Shown here one piece after another: positions 14,891 to 22,770 of a DNA stretch of 37,577 bases (within the stretch, counting starts at the first letter, position 1; each line of letters opens with the position of its first letter). A program made the position numbers and the translations under genes. Below the pieces are notes generated by a model that was not told the DNA's origin, made no database searches, and saw only the letters and a list, made by a program, of their open reading frames with translations. Source of the stretch: Candidatus Iainarchaeum sp. (GTDB lineage: Archaea > Iainarchaeota > Iainarchaeia > Iainarchaeales > UBA10191); NCBI GenBank assembly GCA_030649735.1, contig JAUSFL010000042.1, forward strand, positions 1 through 37,577, written 5' to 3'.

Positions 14891-16141
14891 ATGGTAAAGA
14901 ACGAGCTTGCGGAAGACTTTGAGGCTGAAATGTCAGTCTTCAAGAAAAAGCTAAAATTCTTTAAAGAATTCAAGGGAAAAGGCACAGAACTCATTAGCCT
15001 GTATGTTCCGGCAACTGCAGACCGCGGTTCAGTAATGGGGCAAATAACTGAAGAAACCAGCCAAAGCTCCAACATAAAGTCACAGCTCACTCGAAAGAAT
15101 GTTCAAGGCGCTTTGCGCAAGATTGGAAACTTCTTAAAGCAAATAAACTTCAGGATTCCAGAAAATGGAATTGTCGTTTTTTGCGGCAATGTTTCAGAAA
15201 GAGAAGGAGTTTCAGACATAAAGCTTTTCACTGTAAAGCCAATTCAAAAACTGAAGACAAAGCTTTACTGGTGCGATTCAAGATTTCACTTGGACCCATT
15301 AGAGGAAATGGTAAAACCCAATGAATACTACGCGATTTTGGTTGTCGACAAGCGAGAGGCAACAATTGCATTATTGATCGGAAAAAAATACGAAATTCAA
15401 GGCCATTTCACTTCAAATGTTGCTGGCAAAATAAAGGCCGGTGGCCAAAGTGCAGGCCGTTTTGAGCAATTAAGGGTTGAGGCTGAAAAAGAGTTTTTTG
15501 GAAGGATTTCCGAAAGAATGAACTCTATTCTTCTGCAGCATGGAGACAAGGTAAAAGGGCTAATAATTGCAGGACCGGGAATTACAAAAAACGAGTTTTT
15601 GGAGAGAGAAATGCTTGATTACAGATTGAAGCAAAAAATCATGGGCAGCATTGACACTTCATACACTGACGAGTCTGGAATTCGCGAAGTAATGCAGCAA
15701 AGCGATTCGCTGTTAAAAGATGCCGAAGTCACTAAAGAAAGGCAAATAATGAACAAGTTCATGGAAGAAATAGCAAAAGACGGCCTTGTCACTTACGGAG
15801 AGAAAGAAGTAATGCAGGCAATCGAATCGCGAAAGGCAAAAACAGTAATGGTCAGCGAAGGACTTGGGTGGGACGCAGTCAAGATTGAATGCGAAGCATG
15901 CGGGAATGTTGAAGACTTTGTAATCAAAGACCCTGCAACTTTCAAGTCTAAAGAATTGAAGTGCTCAAAGTGCGATTCTTCAAAGGTCGAAGAGCTTGAA
16001 GAAATTGACTATATTGACTTGATTATTGAAAAAGCCCATGCTGTAGGCGCTGATGTAAAAGTCTTAAGCACTGACACTCCGGAAGGCGAGCAATTCCTCA
16101 AAAGCTTCGGTGGATTAGGCGCTTTCTTAAGGTACAAGTGA
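14891..16141 (+). CDS. prf1: Peptide chain release factor aRF1
   Basis: GTELISLY, NIKS, YWCDSRF, GGQS, C-terminal Zn ribbon (CEAC/CSKC) and FGGLGAFLRY. Confidence 0.97.
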   Translation: MVKNELAEDFEAEMSVFKKKLKFFKEFKGKGTELISLYVPATADRGSVMGQITEETSQSSNIKSQLTRKNVQGALRKIGNFLKQINFRIPENGIVVFCGNVSEREGVSDIKLFTVKPIQKLKTKLYWCDSRFHLDPLEEMVKPNEYYAILVVDKREATIALLIGKKYEIQGHFTSNVAGKIKAGGQSAGRFEQLRVEAEKEFFGRISERMNSILLQHGDKVKGLIIAGPGITKNEFLEREMLDYRLKQKIMGSIDTSYTDESGIREVMQQSDSLLKDAEVTKERQIMNKFMEEIAKDGLVTYGEKEVMQAIESRKAKTVMVSEGLGWDAVKIECEACGNVEDFVIKDPATFKSKELKCSKCDSSKVEELEEIDYIDLIIEKAHAVGADVKVLSTDTPEGEQFLKSFGGLGAFLRYK

Positions 16142-16157
16142 ATTTTGAGAAGCAATT

Positions 16158-16973
16158 ATGAAAACCAAAAGCAAATCAATGGCCAGAGAAAACTTGGCTC
16201 ACGACAGTAAAGTTCTCGGGAAAAAGTGGAATAATACATACAACAAATATTTTGGCAGCAAAAAGAACATGCTTTCATTTGTAAAACAAGTAATTCCCTA
16301 CACTTTGAAAATGAGCAAAGTGCAAGTATTGTACGCTTGCTCTGGACCTGGCTTTCTTGGAGAAGAATTACTTAATGAATTGGAAAAAAAGAGAATCCGG
16401 GCAGATTTAGTTTTGCTTGACATTTCAAAAGAACACTTGAGCCAAAACAAAAACCAGAAAACTAGAAAGATTTGCGCAGACCTTCTGAAAGCAAAAATTG
16501 AAGGAAAATTTGACATTATCATAATGCGAAGCTCCTTGGATTATTTTTGGACTGAAAAAACCCAGATTCAGGCATTAAAAAAACTGGAAAAAATGCTTAA
16601 GCCAACCGGAGTTTTCTTCAACCAAGCGGCGTCAATGCCCACTTTAATGCAAAGAAACCTTGCCGACAAAATCTATTCTTCAAATGAAAAAATGGGAAAA
16701 AGGCATTTTCAATGCCCTGCAGACATTGCTAAAATATGCCTTGCTGGCGGGTTTTCAAAAATAAAAAAAATCGGGAACGCTCCAGAATTGATTGTCACGG
16801 AAAAAGAGCACATTGAAAGGTATTCAACAAGCAAAAAAAATATTGCAAAAATTCAAGGAATCATTAACAAGATTCCAGCGGAAAAAAGGCCAAACATTAA
16901 ATTAACAAAAACAGGCTATTCTTTGAAATTCATTTTTCCAATTTATGCAGCCAAAGCAACAGGGCGGTTTTAA
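16158..16973 (+). CDS. Class I SAM-dependent methyltransferase
   Basis: Motif I-like VLYACSGPG, LLDIS, ADL, FDIII and LKPTG. Confidence 0.75.
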   Translation: MKTKSKSMARENLAHDSKVLGKKWNNTYNKYFGSKKNMLSFVKQVIPYTLKMSKVQVLYACSGPGFLGEELLNELEKKRIRADLVLLDISKEHLSQNKNQKTRKICADLLKAKIEGKFDIIIMRSSLDYFWTEKTQIQALKKLEKMLKPTGVFFNQAASMPTLMQRNLADKIYSSNEKMGKRHFQCPADIAKICLAGGFSKIKKIGNAPELIVTEKEHIERYSTSKKNIAKIQGIINKIPAEKRPNIKLTKTGYSLKFIFPIYAAKATGRF

Positions 16974-18232
16974 TGCATTCAACAAAATGCATTGGAATTG
17001 GCGGCAGGATAAAGCAGAGAATTTCAGACTTTCAAGTTGAAGAAATCACGACTGAAGGAAAAGTTTGCGAAATCAAGGCTTTCGGGCCTGATGGAAAAAT
17101 TGCCGGCTTTACTGAAGGCTTGATTGAAATTCCCGCAAACCCTGAAGGAAAGGAATTTTTGATTTGCGAGCTTGAAAAATTCAATTACGACCTTAACATG
17201 GCAATCCGCTTTGTCTCTCACTACTTGCAGTTTTCCCGCACTCGCATTGGCTATGCCGGCCTGAAGGACAAGCGGGGAATCACTTGCCAGAAAATCAGCA
17301 TTTGGAAGCCTGATTTGCAAAAGCTTGCGAATTTCAAGAGCAAATTCATTGAACTGCGGCCTTTAGAATGGTCTAATGAAAGAATGGAAATTGGAAAATT
17401 AAAAGCCAACAAGTTCAAAATCACTGTAAGAAACATTGAGCTTCAAGAGCCAAAATTGAAAGAAAGGATTCTGGATTTTCAAAAGGAAATTGAAAAGAAT
17501 GGAATTGCGAATTTTTTCGGAGAGCAAAGGTTTGGCGGAGTACGCCAAGTCACTCATTTGGTTGGAAGGGAAATCTTGCGCGGCGACTTGAAAAGCGCAG
17601 TAATGCTTTACTTAGGCTCTGACAATGGTAGAGAAAATGAGGAAACAAGCAAAGCAAGGGCATTGGCTAAAGCCGGAAAATTTGCGGAATCGCTGGCGGC
17701 ATTCCCGCGAGAATACAGGTTTGAAAAGTCCATGCTCAATCACTTGGTGAAAAACCCTAATGATTTCGCGAACGCGATTGGAAAACTCCCGAAAGCAATG
17801 CGTTTTCTTTTCACTCATGCCTTCCAGTCTTTCCTGTACAACAATATTATTGAAGAACGCTTGAAGCAAGGCTTTAGCCTTGGGGAAATTGAAGGCGACT
17901 TGAAAGACCCTGAAGGAAATGTTTTGATTCCACTAATTGGCTTTGAAAGCGTTTTGCCTTCAGGAAAGTCTGGTGAAATAGTCCAAAAAATCCTTGACTC
18001 CGAAAACGTGAAAAAGGAAGACTTTAAAGTCAAGCAAATGCCTGAGCTTTCTTCCAAAGGCGCTGCAAAAAAGCTGAAGCTTGATGTTTCTGATTTTAAA
18101 GTTTTGGAAATTGCGATTGACGAATTCAATGAGGGAAAACTAAAGGCAACGATTGCCTTTGAGCTGGAAAAAGGCAATTATGCGACTACTGTACTAGGCG
18201 AATTATTAAAGCAATCTTCTGAAAAAGTTTAG
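16973..18232 (+). CDS. truD: tRNA pseudouridine(13) synthase TruD
   Basis: DFQVEE, GYAGLKDKRGITCQ (catalytic Asp), NFFGEQRFG, AFQSFLYN and FELEKGNYAT. Confidence 0.95.
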   Translation: MHSTKCIGIGGRIKQRISDFQVEEITTEGKVCEIKAFGPDGKIAGFTEGLIEIPANPEGKEFLICELEKFNYDLNMAIRFVSHYLQFSRTRIGYAGLKDKRGITCQKISIWKPDLQKLANFKSKFIELRPLEWSNERMEIGKLKANKFKITVRNIELQEPKLKERILDFQKEIEKNGIANFFGEQRFGGVRQVTHLVGREILRGDLKSAVMLYLGSDNGRENEETSKARALAKAGKFAESLAAFPREYRFEKSMLNHLVKNPNDFANAIGKLPKAMRFLFTHAFQSFLYNNIIEERLKQGFSLGEIEGDLKDPEGNVLIPLIGFESVLPSGKSGEIVQKILDSENVKKEDFKVKQMPELSSKGAAKKLKLDVSDFKVLEIAIDEFNEGKLKATIAFELEKGNYATTVLGELLKQSSEKV

Positions 18233-18248
18233 TACTCAAGGTGTTTGT

Positions 18249-19346
18249 TTGAAAGTCAAGGTAGAATTGCGCAAAAAAATCGACGAAAGCTATGACGTCA
18301 TTATTGAAGACGGCAAGTCCAAAATGCTTGCAAAGGAAATAATAAAAGGCGGTTTTGGGCGCAAATATTTCATAATAACAGACTCTAATGTCGAGAGAAT
18401 AATCGGGAAAAGACTGCTGGCCCAATTTGCCAAGGAAAAAACAATTGCAGAAATGGTTTCGTTTCCAGCTGGAGAAAAAAGCAAAAACATGCAGACTGTC
18501 TCGCGCCTTGCTGAAAAAATGCTGCTCTTGGGTTTTGACAGGAAAGACTGCATTATTGCGTTAGGTGGGGGAGTTACAGGCGATGTTGCAGGATTTACTG
18601 CTTCAATCTACATGCGCGGGATAAATTTCGTTCAGGTTCCAACAACATTGCTTGCAATGGTTGATTCCAGCATTGGCGGAAAAACTGGCGTTGACTCCGC
18701 ATTGTCAAAAAACTCCATTGGCTCTTTCAAGCAGCCGAAAAAAGTTTACGCCTGCGTTGAGTTCTTGCAAAGCCTGCCGAAGAAAGAATTGATTAATGGA
18801 ATGAGCGAGGTTGTAAAACACGCCGTCATTACTGACAAGGGGCTTTTCAAGTTCATTGAAAGCAACCGCGAAAAAATCCTCGCGTTAGACAGCAAAACAA
18901 TGGCTTTTTTAGTCAAGAGAAGCTGCGAGATTAAAGGAAATGTTGTTGAAAAAGACGAAAGGGAGGAAAACTTGAGAAAAATCCTCAATTACGGGCACAC
19001 AATTGGGCATGCAATTGAAAACCTGGGAAATTATTCAAGACTGGCCCACGGAGAGGCTGTTTCTATCGGAATGATTGCAGAAGCCAAAATTTCTAAAGCT
19101 TTAGGCTTGATGAATGAAGCAGAAATTGAAAGAATCAGAAAGTTGCTGGGAAAAATTGGCTTGCCTGCAAAACTGCCAAATTATGGGCTCAAAAAAATCA
19201 TTGAAAAAACCCATTCTGACAAGAAAGCAATCGGCAGCCAGGTTTTTTATGCCTTGCCTGAAAGAATTGGAAAAATGCACTCGGTTAATGGAAGGTTTGC
19301 AATTCCAGTGCAGGATTCAACTGTTCTAAAGGCACTTGCTCATTGA
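18249..19346 (+). CDS. aroB: 3-dehydroquinate synthase
   Basis: GEKSK, ALGGGVTGD, VPTTLLAMVDSSIGGKTG, LNYGHTIGHAIE, HGEAV and DKK. TTG start after AGGTG. Confidence 0.95.
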   Translation: MKVKVELRKKIDESYDVIIEDGKSKMLAKEIIKGGFGRKYFIITDSNVERIIGKRLLAQFAKEKTIAEMVSFPAGEKSKNMQTVSRLAEKMLLLGFDRKDCIIALGGGVTGDVAGFTASIYMRGINFVQVPTTLLAMVDSSIGGKTGVDSALSKNSIGSFKQPKKVYACVEFLQSLPKKELINGMSEVVKHAVITDKGLFKFIESNREKILALDSKTMAFLVKRSCEIKGNVVEKDEREENLRKILNYGHTIGHAIENLGNYSRLAHGEAVSIGMIAEAKISKALGLMNEAEIERIRKLLGKIGLPAKLPNYGLKKIIEKTHSDKKAIGSQVFYALPERIGKMHSVNGRFAIPVQDSTVLKALAH

Positions 19347-19433
19347 ATGACAACTGTCCTTACAGAATTAATGAAGCTTTAAGCCAAAAGATTGAGCAAT
19401 TATTAAACCTTTTTCTAGAAAATTGGTTAAGTT

Positions 19434-20021
19434 ATGGCTTTTGAAAAGGATTTGGAGCTTGCCTTTGAAATCGGCAACTTGCGCTTGATTCAGCGTTCTT
19501 GGACGCGCTTTCTAATGCCTAACTGCGCGAATCTTGCAGACCACCATTTGAGAGTCATTTGGATTTCTTTGATTCTTGCAAAAATGGAAGGCGTGAAAGA
19601 CATTGAAAAAATAATGAAAATGGCCTTGGTGCATGACTTGGATGAGTCAAGGAGCGTTGACGTTGATTATGTTTCAAGGCAGTTTGCTGAAAGGAAAAGC
19701 GAAAAGGCAATCGCTGAAACCTTGAAAGGCAGTTCTTTGGAAGAATTCATTGAAGTGTGGAAAGAGTATTCTGCAAAGGAAAGCATTGAGGCAAAAATTG
19801 TCAAGGATGCTGATATTTTGGACGTTGACATTGAATTGCAAGAGTTTGAAGCAATGGGAAGCCGCATTAAGAAAGACTGGAAAGAGCACAGGAAAGCCCA
19901 GGCTGAAAAGTTATTCACAGAATCAGCGAAAAAACTCTGGCTTGAATTACAGAATTCCAATCCTCATGCCTGGCACTTGAATGCAAGCAATCGCTTGACT
20001 GCTGGGGACTGGAAAAAATAG
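19434..20021 (+). CDS. HD-domain phosphohydrolase (YfbR/HDDC2-like)
   Basis: LADHHLRV, ALVHDLDE and VKDADILD motifs. Confidence 0.85.
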   Translation: MAFEKDLELAFEIGNLRLIQRSWTRFLMPNCANLADHHLRVIWISLILAKMEGVKDIEKIMKMALVHDLDESRSVDVDYVSRQFAERKSEKAIAETLKGSSLEEFIEVWKEYSAKESIEAKIVKDADILDVDIELQEFEAMGSRIKKDWKEHRKAQAEKLFTESAKKLWLELQNSNPHAWHLNASNRLTAGDWKK

Positions 20022-20064
20022 CGAATGCTTTTTATTTTAGAACTCTCTAATTTTTCTGAAATTT

Positions 20065-21006
20065 ATGATTGAACTTTACATTGCAATCTTTTTGCTTTCG
20101 GCCTTTAGCGTCTGGCTTTGGATTAAAGCCAACAGGAAGATTGTAGGCATTGACATCAACAAGCTCTCGCAGCCGAAAATCACTGAAAGCACTGGAATTG
20201 CCTTGCTTATTCCGCTTTGGACAGCAATTGCATATTTTGAAATAATATCATTTAGCATTGACTGGATTGCATTCGGGCTTTTAGTTACTGGCTTTACAAT
20301 TATTGGCTTTTTGGATGACACTAAGCACAAGTGGAGCACTTCTTCAACGCCTTGGATGTCAAGGGCAATGCCAATTGCAGTAATTTGCCTTGTTTTTGCG
20401 GGAATTTACTCCCAGAACTGGCTTTGGATTATTCCAATAGCGCTTTTCATTGCTGGACTGGCTTCTTTCCAGAATACTTTTGCAGGCTTGAATGGCTGGC
20501 AGGGTGGAAGCGGGCTTATCATTGCAGTGGCAGTGAGTTTTTTGCTTGCTGGAACTGCTTTTCAGGCGTTTGCGCTGGCATTGGCGGCAATAATACTTGG
20601 TTTTCTGGCTTGGAACAAGTTTCCCGCAAGGGTTTTTGAGGGAGATTCAGGCACGCTTTTGATTGGAAGCTGCATTGCAGGCTTGCTTGTAATGAATGGA
20701 AAGATTGAACTAATGCTTTTGGCGCTCTTGTTTTACATTCCGCACATTGTTGACTTTTTGTTCTTGAAAATCCTGACAAACCGCAGCGATCCAAGCCAGC
20801 AAAGAATAAGGCCTTACAGGCTTTTGAAAGACTCTCGCTTGGCAATTCCAGAATACCCTGACAAGAAAACAAGGTTTGATTTTGCCAAATTGATAATAAG
20901 GATTTTCGGGCCTTTGAAAGAATGGCAGATTGTCGCGGTAATTTGGATAGTGGTTGCGGCAAATGCTTTAATTTGGCTTTTCGCTTTCGGGTTTTTAAGG
21001 TTTTGA
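20065..21006 (+). CDS. Polyprenyl-phosphate N-acetylhexosamine-1-phosphate transferase (MraY/WecA/GPT family, AglH-like)
   Basis: Multi-TM protein with GIDINK, GFLDD, NTFAGLNG and WNKFPARVFEGDSGT motifs. Confidence 0.85.
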   Translation: MIELYIAIFLLSAFSVWLWIKANRKIVGIDINKLSQPKITESTGIALLIPLWTAIAYFEIISFSIDWIAFGLLVTGFTIIGFLDDTKHKWSTSSTPWMSRAMPIAVICLVFAGIYSQNWLWIIPIALFIAGLASFQNTFAGLNGWQGGSGLIIAVAVSFLLAGTAFQAFALALAAIILGFLAWNKFPARVFEGDSGTLLIGSCIAGLLVMNGKIELMLLALLFYIPHIVDFLFLKILTNRSDPSQQRIRPYRLLKDSRLAIPEYPDKKTRFDFAKLIIRIFGPLKEWQIVAVIWIVVAANALIWLFAFGFLRF

Positions 21007-21018
21007 GCTTTAGCAAAA

Positions 21019-22020
21019 TCACATCAGGCTTTTTCTCTTGTGAATGCCTGAATCAAAGCTTCTTGAAAAAACAAACAATGCAATCAGGCTTGTTATTGTC
21101 GGAATGACCAGCCTTACAAGGTCGAATGCAATTATTGCGGCCCCAATTTGCCCAGTGCTCAATCCGGCTGCAAATGCGGGAAGGCTCAAGAAATTGAATG
21201 CAACCAATTCGACAATTCCAACGCCGCGCGGCAGTATTGGAGTCCTTTCAAGTATTGAAATCAAAATCATCAAGACAGCCAAGGCCTTAAGGCTTATCAC
21301 AACATTGGCTGCCTGGAAAGCAAAATTTAATGCCAAGAATTCAAGGACGAATGAAAGGACTGCCAGCAGGAATGTTACGGCAAGAGCGCTGATTGTAGTT
21401 CGCTCCAGGTATGAAGAGTAGTTTTTGAAAAAGCTTTCCAGCACTGAAAACTGCCTTATTATTTTGGAAACGCTGTTGAAGAAAGCCGCAATTGTCAATC
21501 CAAATGATTTTTTCAAAGGCAGCAAAAAAATGAACGAAGCCAGTGCAACAACCGCAAAGCCGCTTACAAATGCAATCAATACTGGGGCATCCATCGGGAC
21601 TTGCGAGAACAGGAATGCCATTACAAAGAAAGAAGCCAAAAGCAATACCAAAAATTTAAGCCCTTTCACAACCATTGAAGCGCTGACTGATTCCTGGTAA
21701 GGCACTTTGAAGTAATGCTTTAGCTGGATTGACCTTAATGCTTCAGCGCCCAATTGCACTGGAGTTAAAGCGCCGTAAATTGAAGAATAGCCGATTTTCA
21801 AGAGGTTTTTGTAAGAAACCTTAGAGTTTTTCTTGATCAAGTACGCCCAGGAAAAAATCCAGACAACCATGCTCAGTATGAAAAGCAATGCGCTAATTGC
21901 GAAGAATAATGGGTTGATTTTTTGCAGTTCGTCCTGCGCGTTAGTTAGTGTTGTAGTTATTGAAATTACTGCTGCCGCGACAATCAGTGAAATTATTGCC
22001 TTTCTTAAGTAATCATCCAT
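21019..22020 (-). CDS. Lysylphosphatidylglycerol-synthase TM-domain (UPF0104/AglD2-like flippase) membrane protein
   Basis: About 8 TM segments with LTPVQLGAEALR and TPILPRGVGIVE family-like motifs. Confidence 0.8.
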   Translation of the reverse strand: MDDYLRKAIISLIVAAAVISITTTLTNAQDELQKINPLFFAISALLFILSMVVWIFSWAYLIKKNSKVSYKNLLKIGYSSIYGALTPVQLGAEALRSIQLKHYFKVPYQESVSASMVVKGLKFLVLLLASFFVMAFLFSQVPMDAPVLIAFVSGFAVVALASFIFLLPLKKSFGLTIAAFFNSVSKIIRQFSVLESFFKNYSSYLERTTISALAVTFLLAVLSFVLEFLALNFAFQAANVVISLKALAVLMILISILERTPILPRGVGIVELVAFNFLSLPAFAAGLSTGQIGAAIIAFDLVRLVIPTITSLIALFVFSRSFDSGIHKRKSLM

Positions 22021-22027
22021 GCGTGTT

Positions 22028-22651
22028 TCACTTGCTTTTAGAATTCTTCAAAAAGTCATTGATCAATTTCACAATGCCTTCAGAATCAGAGTACATTGTT
22101 TTCAAAACCAAAAATCCGGCATCTTGCATTTCAGAATCCTTGCTTGCCTTCAAGAAAATGCTGTTTTTTTCCAAAAAAACTCTCGGCTGCTTTAATTCGG
22201 CATTTGAGGCTTCAATGAAGACAAAAGCCCTGTTGGAGTCAAGCAGTTCATTGCATGCCTTGGGGTCGATTTGCTCATTCAATTGCGCAAGGCCATAATT
22301 TGTGTTGCAGCTTGCAAGGCTTCCTTTTGCGAAATTCCTTATCAATGCAATGGCTTTCTTTTTGTTTGCCGTGAGAATTGACTGGAACATTATCATTGTG
22401 TTGCCTCTTGCAGAAATGTCTTCAGAAACGCTGCTGCTTGAAATCACTATTACAAACTCATTATGGTCTTTCAATGCAGTCAGAAATTCTGAAGGCTGTT
22501 TTTCATTGGATTGGAAAACAACCCCGCCTTCAGTCGCCTCAAACTTGAATTTTTCAGGGCCTGGATTTGCCTGCGTGAAAACAATGAGAATTGCGGAAAA
22601 AACCGCTGCAAAAATGACAATTCCCAAAACCCACTCTGTCCTTGAAGCCAT
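22028..22651 (-). CDS. Membrane-anchored hypothetical protein
   Basis: Single N-terminal TM helix, two Cys, operonic with the flippase-like gene. Confidence 0.75.
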   Translation of the reverse strand: MASRTEWVLGIVIFAAVFSAILIVFTQANPGPEKFKFEATEGGVVFQSNEKQPSEFLTALKDHNEFVIVISSSSVSEDISARGNTMIMFQSILTANKKKAIALIRNFAKGSLASCNTNYGLAQLNEQIDPKACNELLDSNRAFVFIEASNAELKQPRVFLEKNSIFLKASKDSEMQDAGFLVLKTMYSDSEGIVKLINDFLKNSKSK

Positions 22652-22714
22652 AGCAATACCTTTAAAGCTTGGAAATCATTAAAAAACAGAATCAAATTTT
22701 TAGGAAATTTTATT

Positions 22715-22759
22715 AAAAAAAAAGAAAGTAAAAGAACCCGCAGTTTTTGCGGGTTCTTT
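22715..22759 (-). terminator. Hairpin plus U-tract terminator of the S-layer gene
   Basis: Perfect 12-bp stem AAAGAACCCGCA/TGCGGGTTCTTT (22731-22759, 5-nt loop), 11 nt after the stop and followed on the minus strand by TACTTTCTTTTTTTTT. Confidence 0.85.
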
Positions 22760-22770
22760 CATTGAATCAT

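Noticed and set aside
19347-19382. 11-codon ORF MTTVLTELMKL right after aroB
   Set aside because: Too short, with no SD, biased codons or structure to support function.
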